Shown here: positions 1 through 13,400 of the stretch, one piece after another | Numbering within the stretch: the stretch's first letter is position 1 | Layout: every line of letters begins with the position of its first letter | Made by a program: the position numbers and the translations under genes | The notes under the pieces: generated by a model | What the model saw: the letters and a program-made list of their open reading frames with translations, nothing else | Database searches by the model: none | What the model was told of the DNA's origin: nothing | Assembly (NCBI GenBank): GCA_012026655.1 | Contig: JAAILG010001155.1 | Coordinates: forward strand, 1 to 64,000 | DNA length: 64,000 bases | Direction of reading: 5' to 3' | DNA from: Hydrolagus affinis | Lineage: Eukaryota

Positions 1-413
1 GTAATCTATTTCATTTTTCAACATCCTTGTTTATACAACTAGTCAACTCTGAGGCATACAGTCTAAGGCATTGTCATCCAACAGACTGATGTAATCATAC
101 TGTCACAGTTGTTGGGAATGAAGCCAGAAGCAAGAGGAAACTGCTGGACATGTGGCATTCTTGCAAAAAATATTAACTCATCCAGTTGATATCATGAAGT
201 ATTAATATTCCAAAGACTTTCAAAATGTATCTGGAATTAGTAGTGGAGTTTCATATTAGAGACTTTAAAATCTCTTCACTTCATATCTTCAAAGTTAATT
301 TAGTTTTTATTTAAACTGTGACAAAACCAGCAGTTCAATTTCATTAGGGAATTATTAACTATTTGGGGAAAAACAATATTAAAGGAAAAAACAGAGAAAT
401 GGCATTAGAGTAG

Positions 414-728
414 ATAATAATAATCCTTGCATTTGATATAGCGCTTTTCACGTCTTCTAGATGTCTCAAAGCACTTCACAGAATATAGTGTAAAGTGAAT
501 TGACTGTATTTATGGGTGAAAGCGGCAGCCAATTTCGCACAGCAGTGTCCCACAAACAATCGTGGATTGAAAATACCAATTTTTTCATTAATGTTTTTTT
601 TGGAGGTATTATTATTAGGCATATGGAGTAAGGAAACTTGCCCAAGGTTTCGCCCTGACCTTCCTGTATTTGAACACAGGTCTCACGCTTGTAAGGCAAG
701 TGCTCTAACCATTGAGCTACAGGACTCC
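414..728 (-). mobile_element. tRNA-derived SINE, full length, short-body variant
   Basis: - strand reads GGAGTCCTGTAGCTCAATGGTTAGAGC (A box), GTTCAAATAC (B box), and ends in the L2-type tail TATCAAATGCAAGGATTATTATT. Several homologues lie in the window. Confidence 0.88.
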
Positions 729-1333
729 TCATGTGCGATTCCATCAATTGGTGGCTCCCATACACTCAGCACCACCACCACCAAACACACTGGGTGGGTA
801 AACAGCCTAGAGCAGGCGCCAGGCAGGGCGAGCGTGACCCTCTCTCCCACCAGCCGGGTGTCGGGGAGGTGACCAGTGGTGGCCGCTTGAGTCAACCTGG
901 GAACAGAGCCTGACTCCATTCCCTGCCTCCTCAACCCTCCCGCAGACAACCTGGCTCAGGGTAGATAGGTCCAGCACCAGCATTAGCCAGTATGGGCCTG
1001 AAGTTCGGTGGCTGTACATATACAGTACTATTTTACACATTGCAAGATTTTAAATGTTTTGTAAAATCACAGAGAGTTCCTGAGGTTGAGCTGATTTAAC
1101 TTCTTCAATGTTGTAAACTATTTTTGATTCTATCATCTAAAATAGTAGAAAATGTTTGGGCATGATGTGTATGATTTTCCAAATACAGTTAAAGTGTAAA
1201 CGGAGCATTGGTTTCATTACAGAATTACTATGCTTTTTAGGGTATTAACTACTGTTTCACATTTATATTGTCTTTCACTGAGCTTTACTTTCCCAGCGGT
1301 GTTTACATGTGATCATTGTGTATATTTTTGCAG

Positions 1334-1403
1334 GGTTATCGCAGCACGTGGTTTCGGACTACAACCAGGTTGTTGAGCTCCTGGAGGAAGGAATTGCGAA
1401 CAG
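1334..1403 (+). CDS. STARD9: STARD9 motor exon [24 protein letters not shown]
   Basis: cag|GG...AG|gtagaa; kinesin motor segment. Confidence 0.93.
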
Positions 1404-4400
1404 GTAGAAAAGCCATGCAGATGTTGCTGTGCGTAGCTGTCTTAGAACTCTGTTCTCTGAAAAAAAATTATGATCAGCTTTCAGCATTTCTTTGCTCATG
1501 CTGCATTCAGCTGCTTTCTCTTAGTAACATGGGAGGGGAGCATTTTTTCAAATCTGAATTTCTGCAACAGCTTCTGTTCAATATTTTGAACTGAAGCCGA
1601 CTTGGAATGGTGTTCACAAAAAAGTGTGCCTTTCGTGGTAGAATATTCCTTTAATCTTGGAGAGCTGCCTTTAAATCAAGCTTAGGTGGTCTCCAATTAG
1701 TAGTATGAATAGAGACAACCTCTACCAACAGCATAAATGTTCTTCTAGCTTCAAGGGACACTGATTTTCTGATCTTTAGTAAGGTCCAGAATGTAAATGA
1801 ATGATGTCATTCTGGTTCATCAATTGTGTGCCATTCCTTGCATGAGATTGATGTACATTCTTTGATTAATAATCTTCATTGATTCATGACTAATTCCAAA
1901 TTTAAGTAGCCGCTTCAGGCACTTCCAGTAAAAGGTTACCCTAGATTGTTCTGGAGCATGTAAAGTAATCTGTGATTGCTTTTGATTTTCTTCTTTCCCT
2001 CCTGTCCAATGGGTGAGCAATTTGTTTGTTGTAGCACAAATTACACTGAAAACTCAGTGAGTGCATGGAGAATAATAGGCATAAACCCATGTTCTAGCAC
2101 TATCATACAATACACTGCTTATTGTCATTCCCCAACACATTTAATATATTGCAGGGAGTTTTTAGATAACTTTATGTGTTTCTGTCTTTTTGCATTTTTT
2201 CTGAAAACACAATGCCAATATCTAGTTTATGTGTGGCAGGTTTTCAACCCTTAGATTCTGATTATTGTTTGTTTGTTGCATATATTTTTATTTGTGTTCT
2301 AGATGAATATTTTACAAACCCTTTCTATACTTCCTTTGTATTCATTTTAGAATCACCGCTGCTACCCACATTCATGACGCCAGTAGCCGATCTCATGCCA
2401 TTTTTACCATTCATTACACTCAGGTTAGTGAAAAGTTTTCATTTTATCTGTTTTGCCTTTTAATTATTGACCAAGTGCCTTAAAGCAGCAAAAACATTTC
2501 AAAGGAAACATATAGCTGCTCAAATTTTACCCTTTCTGATTTTTCTAATTTGATATTCAGTGGTTTCATTGTAAATGTAACCTTCAATATTTTAAATATA
2601 TGTTAATGCATTCATTTAGCATGAGATAGTTTCAAAATGTTACACATTTCTTATTAAGAAAGACTGCAAGTAAGAGTCCTTTCCTAAAGGCAGGTGGTTG
2701 TATATAACTTTATATAGGATTATATTTTTTAACATAAAATCCATACTTAGTCATTTGCTTTCTTTGTTTGATTAATTTGTTTGACTACATATATACAGTA
2801 TATAATCCTGACTTATTTGGATATAATGATCATTCTCTTGATAAATAAGACAATAAATGAGGTATAGATGGACTTGTTGAGCCTATTGGGCTGTTTCTAT
2901 GCTATATCATTTAATGTAATTCAGTGTTTAGTAATTCAGAACATATTTGGTTATATCATCCAGATTCCTTGAGTCCATCACTCCTAAAAGCACTTTTTTT
3001 CTCCTTTTTTCACCTCTTGAGAAGTTCAGATTTTGATATTCTATCCCTAGATAAATAATTTAAAGTTCATTACAGTTAGCTTTTTTTCCTTTACATTTGA
3101 CAACCCACATGTATGCAACTACTACTTGAGAACCTTTCTAAATTTTCAAAAACAAAATCACTTTCTAACTTTGAATAATAAATTTATATGCAGAATTTTT
3201 TTAACTTAAAAAAATTCAAGTTCATTAATGTAAACGTCATTTGTGTATTTTAGGCAATAATGGAGAACAACCTACCATCTGAGATTGTTAGCAAAATTAA
3301 CCTTGTTGATTTGGCAGGCAGGTGAGTCTTGTCTTGTATTTCACAACAAACAAAATCCCTTCCTCTGTTGTTCAGTGAATGACTGCTTCTATCTTTGTGA
3401 AATGTTCCAAGACATAATACTTTATGAAGGGCATTGTATAAATGCATGTTGGTGTATATTCTGTATGCTGTGTTTTATAAACGAGATATCAAATTATATT
3501 TCTTACCTTAAGTTTCTTTGTTGTGTCCGAACATTCTAGTTTTATTGGGGTCCGTTGAGATTAAATAAATGATTCTCGCAATCTTTTTGGCACATCTAAA
3601 CCTGGTCTTTAGGTACCATATGTGAAATATACAAATACCTGTGTCCATTAAATATATTATTTACCAGATATTTAATAGGGACATGAAGTAGGCTTCTCCT
3701 ATAAGTAGCATTGAAATACAGTTAAAAACAAAATTCCAGGTAGTTTTAGGTTTCCATGGAATGTTTGGAATACCAGTGGAATGTCGTGCATCATGATTCT
3801 ATCATGATTCATCAGGTGTAATTTAGGCAAGCTCCATTGGTTGTGGTGTTGTCTGTCAAAGGACAGCTCCCTGCCAGGAATGTTATCATTTTAATTAGGT
3901 ATCATTTTAGAATCATTAATTTATTTAGTTATGTTATTAATTATATTAGTTTTGAGTACCAAGTGTCGATTCACTCGCAAATGCTTTGCCCTCACCTGAC
4001 ATAAGTAATCAGACGAACCTGACATAATTAATCAGAAGTGGGAACTCTGGTGGGATTTCCCTCCTTTATACACTCATAGGACACTTATATCACCCCAAAT
4101 GCTGCCCCATCTTAGATCAGCTAACAGACTGGAATTTGAGAAATTGACATTCTAGCCTTGTGTTGCATTTGGAAATATCGCCACCCATGGTCAATCATCA
4201 CTGTTTTTTCACTGGTTGGCGGTATTGTACAAACAAATGCTTGTGTCACAGCAATAAGTTGCCAGAAACAGTTAAGTTGCATTTTCTAAACCACCACAAT
4301 CACAAAATTCTAAAAATTATAACTTTGAGAAGCACAACTCAACTGCTCACCATAATCTCCTTGTTATGATACAATTTCTCACAGCATGCAATGCTATTGA

Positions 4401-7400
4401 AACTGCTATGTTGAACTAACTGTGTTAACTCTTAGAGATTTGTTTTTGCCAAACACTATAGCATTTCATGGAAGGGGAAATTGCCTGGAAGGGGTAAGGG
4501 AATGAAAAATAACTAGTTTATTTTAACAGATTATGATGAAACTCTTTTCAAAACATGCAGCAAAAAAAAGATTGAAATATTCAATATTTATTCATTTAAA
4601 AAATTATAAATCATGTATTGTGTTGTAAAGTGCAGGTTTGATTGATTGTATTCAAATGTCTACACTTTATAACTATAATCCCTTTCATTGATTATTAACC
4701 CAACCTGCATTTTAATCCCCCAATATCAGATGTATTAAAATATAACATGTATTATGAACGATTATCCTGATCATTGAGTCATTGTCAATAATGTGAAATA
4801 ATATTATCCTTACATTTGGTCATATTGGTCAGTAATATTAATGTTTAGTTTGGGGAAAGGTTTAACATACAAAATAAAGTAAGATTGCCCCCTATTGGCT
4901 TTGTAACACTTTGTTTTGGAATCACACCCAATGGAACCATATCCACCAAATCTGAATTCCTTTTGCTATTTGATGTTTTCCAGTGAACGCGCTGATCCGA
5001 ACTACTGCAAGGACAGGATCATAGAAGGGTCGAACATTAACAAATCACTGGTTACTCTGGGAATAGTCATTTCTACCTTAGGTGAGAATATTTTCAGGGT
5101 TTCTTAGAATCAAGCAAAATGTAATGTTGAATGATGTGCAGCATTTGGGGAAAGGTGAAATGTGGCCCAAAATAAAAATGAAAATACAATTGTTTGCAAT
5201 GTGGTGTGTAAACACAAAACTAACCGGGAGCAGTTGCCTACTCACAAGACTATTCCATCGTTTGGCACTTCTCAGAAACTTTTCTTTGCCCCTCCCCCCC
5301 CCCCCACACACAAAAATGAAATGAATGGAACGTCTGTAGAATGCACGAGGTTCTTCCTTCAGGCATCACATGAGAAGCATGAGATAGGAAGCGATTCATT
5401 GTGAGTTTCACAGTCCTGGAACCACTACAATTATTTTCTGTTGCTGATGCAAACAACCTGGGAGCCAACCTTTGAATTAAATAAATTACAAACAAAGTTG
5501 CTCATCATCCTTCCTCGTAGCAGTGAAAAAAGTGCTCTGGGTGATGTAGAATATCAGCGCTAGTAGAACTAGTGTTAACAAGAAAGGAAATTGCCTGCTT
5601 AATAATGACGCTTCTTGATAGACGATGTGCTATTAGCAAGTACTAAGGAAAAAGTGAATGAAGTTGTTAAAAGTCTTGTGCCATTAGCTGTTAGTTAGTA
5701 TGTAAATTCAAACCAGGAGCTTCAGCTTTTCAAATCATCTTTTTATGCATTTCTAAAAAATATGTTATTTTCAAATAAAGGCACAATTGCAAAACTTCCT
5801 GCACTTTTCAAGCAGGGTAATTTCAAAGCTTTAACACTCACTGGAGCAGGCTGATGTGACTTAAATTTAACATGTTGTCAGAAGAACGGCACTGCATTGG
5901 ATGTCATCCAAAACTATGGGCTCCGAGTCCCAAAGTAACGCTGGAACCCACAAAAAGGTATGATGACAGAAAGGAAGAACATTAACAAATTTCTGGATAC
6001 GCTGGAAATAGTCATCTCCAATTTTGTACACAATTATACAACAACAACAAATAACAACAAATTACATTTGTATAGCGCCTTTTACATCGAGAGGATGTCC
6101 CAAGGCAATAAATCCCAAACAAGGTAACAGGGATTAAGGAGGTATAGGGGGTGAACATTAGGGGTGGAACTTGTGTGGAAAAGAAACAAAAACGTACATC
6201 TTTTGGACCTGTTTCCCTGTTGTATTATTCTCTGCTCTGATGCTAACAATAACCCATTAGGACTTCCCGCAAGTAGAATGAAAGTTATTGGTTATTGGAA
6301 CGTGTTGCTATTTATGTTCCTTGTTCTGGATATGTTTTTAACCCCAGTGACTGGTTTACAGTGAAGAAAAATCAGTTCTCTGCTGAAAAATGCACATTTT
6401 AGGATCATACTTGACTGTGAATTTACTTTAAATGGTTAAAGAAAAAATAAATAATTATTTTATAATTCTTTTAACAGTGAATTCTTATTTTATATATGTT
6501 TTGTTTTCTATATAGCACAAAATTCTCAAATGTTCAGTAGCTGCCAGAGTATAAATAGCATATTGAGCGAGGGGGACACAAGTAATACAGGGAGCCATTC
6601 CAGCGGAAATTCAGGGAACAGTAGACGCCAGTATTATATTCCCTACCGTGATTCTGTCTTGACCTGGCTTCTTAAGGACAGCCTTGGAGGGAACTCCAAA
6701 ACCATCATGATTGCAAGTGAGTATTCAGAATGGATTGTTTTTTCTTAATTTATTTGTGAAATTATGTTTGGCTATTTAATGAAGATCATAAACCATGGAT
6801 TGAGGAGAAGCTGTTTGGCCCATCTAGTGCATGCCTTCCACAGACCATATCCTATCAGTGATTACCCTGGCTATGTGTCAGCCTTGGTTAGTAGCACTCT
6901 CACCTCTTGGTTGAAGCTTCAAGTTCCACGTTGTGGCTTGGAACTCATATAGTCTGAGCTAACACTCTCCTGCAGATCTGGAGGGCTGCACTGTTGGAAG
7001 TGCTGTCCTACAGATGAGATGGTAAACAGAACACAGTATGTCTGTCTGTTCAGATGGACTTTAACGATGCCATTGCCCTATTCAAAAGGAGAAGTTTGCT
7101 TCAGGGAGTTACCTGGTCAACAGTTCACCAAATAATAAAATGGTCATTCACTTTATGGCTGTTTCTGGGGTATTGCTGTATGCCAATTTGCTGCTGCGAT
7201 CGGCTATGAAACATGTATCACCGTACTTTATTGGAAATGCCCTGAAGCACTTTGGAACATCCTCCCAACGTGAAAGGCACGATTGCAAATGGAGGATTAT
7301 TAGCATAATTTCCACCCCTCCACCATAGAAAGTAGTGTGTTGATACTCCCTAATCATCAAACCCGAAAGCAGCCATGCAAGAAAAGCCCATAAATACACA

Positions 7401-10400
7401 TCCCCACATCTTTTCAATTCAACTCCCTTCCCTGCTTAGACATTTGCTCCACCCCATGCTAGCCTAGGCATGTTCTGTTTTGTGTGATATCAGTTTAGCA
7501 CTTCTCTTTGATGCCATTCCCCTGATTGAAACTGAACTCAATGGAGATTATTGGGTCATGAACTCACAGAATTGCACCTCTTGTCCATTATCCGCAGGTC
7601 CAACTAGTTCTGTTATTGATATAGGTTTAATCTGCTTTAATTGAAAGAGATGACAATAAGGTGGGGGAATAACACCAGAGAGAAAATCAAGAGATAGAGT
7701 CAGCCTCACCTCTTGTGATTGATCATTCTCACCTTTTGTGAGTTGCAGTGCAGTGATTGTCACACAGAAGTGTTGATGTTGGCACCTTGTTTTCACAATA
7801 TATTGAGTTGTTTGCCAATTGCTGTCAGAAGAGATTAGGGAGGTTACTGGAATATAATAGTAAAACACCATATATTTTTATAGCATTATATGAACTATGT
7901 CATATTATGATGCAATATGAAACATTGCAAACAAAATGAGGAGATGAGTGAATACAAAATGCAATTAAAATGTCTGCGTGGTTTATTGTAATCAGTTACT
8001 TCTGTTTGTTTGACTGCAGCAATCTCTCCTGCAAGTACAAGTTATGGGGAAAGTGTAAGCACCTTAAGATATGCGGCACATGCAAAGAACATTGTCAATA
8101 AACCACGTGTGAATGAGGTAAGATATGAACCGCCTGTTATCAGGCTTCTGCACTACACACACCTTCTGCTTCCTTTATTCCTTTGAAACTCTTTAAAATT
8201 GGGGGATTTTATACATTATTTTGGACCTGTCCTGACAAGCTCATGTGTGGATATTGAGTGAAGACAGATCATTTGTAGATGTTGGGTGAGGACAGCTCCA
8301 CTAATATAGCCCCCTCCTAGTTGAATAATCCCAGCTCATTGTGAAGGCTCTCACTGAATAATTGCCAATTGGATGAGGTACTGTAGAGGAACAGATGCAA
8401 TAAAATTTACATTTATATTGGATCTTTTAGATCAAGGTGTTGGGGGAAGATTTTTTTAGTCAGCTGTGTGTCTTAACATGTAGAAACCCATATAGCAAAT
8501 ACTCTAACCACTGAGCTTCAGGACTACAGGAATAAAGTTTCTTTGTAATTATTTAATTGTAACCACTATTATTGCAATTATAATTTTTTAGGATGCAAAT
8601 GTAAAATTGATCAGAGAGCTGCGTGAAGAGATTGACAGATTAAAAGCCATGCTGATGAACTTTGAATTGGTAAGCAATCTTTTATGCTTTTTGTGAAACT
8701 TTTCTTGATGTTCTTTTGTTTCTTTGTTCATTGTTTTATGGTTTGTTTAAATAATTATTTCTAGATTAAATAAAACAAAGCAAATATTTTTTATTGGCTG
8801 TAGGTAATTCGATGGATGGCACCTCCAATGATGAGGCAACATACCACTAGCACTGCATTATTGTGCCAACCTATAGTCCACTGTGAGTTCAGCCCCGATA
8901 TGTGGCTTGAACCCACAATCTTCTGACTCAGAGTTAAGATAACAGGATCATTTGGCAATAGCTATCTGTTCTACCAACTGAGCCGAACTTACAGTCATGA
9001 GTTCTCAGTAACTTTTCTCCCCCCACCCTGTACTGTACTGTATAAGTATATAGCAAAAGAAGGAAGAACCCTTAAAGAGTGCTGTAGGCAATGTCAGGCC
9101 TGTAGAACGTTTCAGATTTCCTAAACAGTCCATTTATAACAAATATGTATTGTATATGACCCCATCACACAGTTTGCAACCAACATATTTCATGTTTTAG
9201 GGATAGTGTGACCACTGTACCTGAAAACACTATCTGTTTTTGGCAGAATATTTTACATAAATAATTTGTAAATAAGCACAAATTAAAGTTCTTCTTTGGC
9301 AATATGTTTTTCAGCGAAATTTCAGTCCCTCGTTTAATGACGACAAAGATGGAAACTTGGCAGAAATGTTGCTTCAAAACGAGCTCAAGGTTGGTTTACT
9401 TGATTTTTAAGGAAAATGTGTACTTACAGATGTTTTTAATTTAATCTGTTATGCTGTGTGCCTGCTGTCCCAAATTATACTAAATTACTCACAGAATTTT
9501 CAAAGACGGGTTCGGACGGGGAAAGGGATGTAGAAGGCAAGGGGATGTAGAAGGCAATGACGAGAGAGTCAGTCGAAGAGGGAGATTTCAAGGTGGGACT
9601 CCAAGACAATTAGAGAGGGGGAAGACATAGGTAGTTTCTGGAAGTTAGGGTTGGTGGCCATCGTTGATGGCATAGAGAAAGAAGAGCAGTGGAGTAGCAG
9701 AAGATCAGAGTGTGGCCGTGCCGAGTCTAATTCTGGACAGGATGCCGTGTAGGCGTTTTCGATTGATAGGAGTTTGCGATTGATGAAGCTGGAAAGACCA
9801 TTGAGGAGTGTGTTCGAAAGGCAGGTAACAAAGGAATGACTTAGATGGCTTTGGGGTGAAATAGGGGCAGAGACAGATGATGTGGCAGATGTCAAGAAAA
9901 GTAATTTTGGTCAGGGACTGAATGTAACGGAGAAAGGAGAGCTAAGAATCGATTGAGTGAGATATTTAAAAATGCATTTAATTAAGCATAAACACAGTTA
10001 TATTTTAATTTCTGTCTGTTTGTTTACCACAATCTCTTCCAGATTGAGCAGGTTACCAAAGATTGGACAAATAGGTGGAAAGATACAAAAGCAATCATGG
10101 AAGAATATAATGTAGATATAAACCAAGGCAAAACAGGCTTGATTGTTGCCTCCCAGTTACCTCATTTAATAGCAGTGGATGACGATATACTAAGGACGGA
10201 AGTTGTTCTTTATCATCTCAGGGTAAGTCTTCGGCTATTTTGGATTGACCTGTTGTATTTTAAGTAGTAAAATTTATACACATTTCACTCTTCTTCCATT
10301 CTCCCTATCTAAGAGCTAGGATTCAGGCACATTCCTCGATTCAACAGATATCACATTTATGACTACACTGCTTGACATGAGATTATTGGAGATGTTAAAT

Positions 10401-13400
10401 TGTCCTTTGCTTATTCTTTAATTGTCTCCTATTCCTGGCTGTGTTTTGGCAATGATTGGGTGACCATCCAACAATAAGTGCTTTGAGATGTCCTCCCAAC
10501 ATGAAAGGCACTATATAAAAGTGACTTGTAATGTATATTTAGAGGGCTGTAGTACTAAGTTTCATATCTTACCATTCTGCATAAGCACATTTTTTAAAAA
10601 GATTAAAAGATAAAAGATTAATTTCCCTAATTCTTGAAAGCGGCATCTTTTGTTTAGTGTGTGATGATGTTACTTAGTTTTTCAATTGGTGCACATTGCA
10701 AGTAGCAGCACAATGACTGCTGTTTCACCTTCACAAATATTGCTGTGTTAAATGGACCTATTTTGGTGCACACTCAACACCTTATTTTCTAACCACTGGA
10801 GTCTAGACAATGACAAAATTTCTAAATTCTTAAATCTTATCATATCCTGAATGCTCTTTTTCTAATTGTAATATAACTTGCTTCTAAGTCCAATGTTTGT
10901 GCATTAGCCTTGTTTCATATGCTCTCCTCTTAAAAATAATTATTCGATAGGGATGTGTAAGTTGTGGAAAATTCATAAAAGATTTAAGAGGGCTATGATG
11001 TTATCTGTCTCTGCTTTCTGCTTTGAATCACCTATTTTCTCTCCTTTTTTTCCCTGTTCTATTTGGCCTGTTACATTTCTGTTGGACCTCTAGGCTACAA
11101 GTAAGAAACTCGTACTGATCAGTATTTTCTTACTGTGCATGTGCCTGCTAAATATATTGCTATTTATTTCTCTGTGTGAATTATGAAGTTGTTCCTCCTG
11201 ACGTGAAAGGCACTCTATAAATGTAATTTTGTTGTTGTTGTTTGTGTCTACAGTGGAATGAGTTATACTGCCCTCTCGTAATAATATCTGTTTTGAATAC
11301 AAATTATATGCTATTGTATAGCTACAGCTGGCATAAAAAGTGCAAACAATTTCAAATAATTATGAATAGCAAATTTTGTGAGTACCAGAAAAGGTGAAAG
11401 CCTAATATAATTGTTTGCTACTTAACAGCCTGCATCAAGTGACTTAATCTGGACCTTAAACCTGGTATCAGAAAGGCAAATACACACTGCAACTCCATAA
11501 TTACACAGTGGGGTTCTTAAAACGACACCCTGTGTTACAACAGGAGCACATTATATTGTGGGCGCCGATCTGCACTTCTGGAGTAGGATATCACTCTGCA
11601 GGAAGAGTCCCACACTTCAATAAACTGCAGGATGTATGTCAGGACCCGAGGTGTACCCTTTGGGAATTGAAGCTCCAATAATGTGGAGGTCAATTCGCAC
11701 TCATTCAGCTCAAATAGTTGTAGTTGCAAAATAGTAACAGTGGATGTTCAGTCTATCAGAAGGGATTTTAATTGGGATACTTGAAATTTTTTGAATACAC
11801 ACAGTATTTGGTATTTACAAATTCTTGGACTGATCGATCTACTGTCAAGCTGATCTCAAAAATGAGCATTTGTGCTTTATCATTTCTGCATATTTTTCAT
11901 TCATTAGTTTAGAATAAGCGGTTGATCAAATATTGTCTTCCATATTTTAGGAAGGAACAACAAATATTGCAGGAATTGATGCAGAAGGAGAACAGGATAT
12001 CAGTAAGTGTACACTAAACAGTTTCCCTTTGTTCTCTTCCGTGAGGTTTCGCACTGCCAAGGAGTTGAACTTGGGTTCTCTCACTTTCAAGGCGAGTTCT
12101 TTAACTAGGACTCCACAATTTTACTGGGATTTCAAGTTTGATTTTCCTGTTTACTCCCAGACCCCATCATGCCCCATCCTATCACTAAAATTCCCGAGAG
12201 GTGCTGCGCCTTCCCTTTACTGATGAACAGTCTGTTTTACAGTTTTTTGCAGGGGTGATGGTTGAATCAAAGGGAAATTAATGAATAAGAATCCTTCAAA
12301 AATTCCAAATCGCAATCTTACTTGCTAACTTTTATCAGTACTTCTAATCCTTGTCCTGCTTAGTTCTGCAGGGACCATGTGTTAAGGGACAGCACTGTGT
12401 GATTCATAATGAAAATGGAGTAGTAACACTTGAACCAATTGGAGGAACCCAATGTACTGTCAATGGACTGGATGTAATCAACTCCTGTTGTTTGTCACAA
12501 GGTATTAGACATAAATTTCTGCACACACACAATTACCGCTACATTTCAGGTGCTAAAAAAAATTCTAGCATATACTAAAACAGTTGAATGATTTTTGTTG
12601 ATAATCGCTGGCTAATGTTTCAACATTAAAGTACTATAGCAAGTTCTTTCTATATGAGCTTTATTTTTTAATGCTATTTTAAATACAACATTTCAAAGTA
12701 ATACCATTGTGTTTTTGATTTGTAGTGAAATACAGTAGTTGTCTGTTGACCTGGTTTAACTAAACCACCAAGCTGAAGTCACTCATGTGCCCCTCGTTGT
12801 CATTTGTTTTGCAGGTGCTGTTATTGTAATGGGCAAGTTCCACAAATTTAGATTTAACCATCCAACAGAAGCTGCAAAATTGAGACAAAGGAGACTGGTA
12901 GGTTTCTATAAGGTGTTAGCGCTTTGAGACGCCGTCCGGCGTGGAGGGCGCTATATAAATCGAAGTTGTTGTTGTTGTAGTGTGGTTTTGTTGTTAGCAC
13001 TCTTGCTTTTGAATTAGAAGGTTGTGGTTTGAAGTTCTATGTTTGAGCTCATGATGTGGAAAGGGAAAAAAAAGGAAAGGGAGCCAGTGACCTGGCTAAT
13101 ATTCTTACAGATAAATTGTTAATCTCAAGATTGCATGTTTGGTGGGGTGGGGGGAACTTAATGGAGGATACATTTTTAAGTAAGATATCTAGTCCTGTTT
13201 CCATTTGCTGTAGGTGACATTACTGTGTTCTTTATCTGTATAGAGTACTACTGTGTATTTGGGCAGCAGCATTACTTCCTGTGAGGACCTGGATTTAGAT
13301 GGTGAATTCAACTTTTCCCCTCCATATGTCGTATCCCCTCTACCGCAAGCAAGGTAGGATTTGGAAACCTCCACTAAATGTTTCTGTGGCATCAATGTTT

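Noticed and set aside
466-1040. Overlapping ORFs 466-765, 516-872, 683-949 and 807-1040
   Set aside because: They run through a SINE and a GC-rich block and show no protein-family motifs.
3750-3817. Hammerhead-like CUGAUGA plus hairpin on the - strand
   Set aside because: GAAA does not follow the stem directly, and stems I and III cannot be formed.
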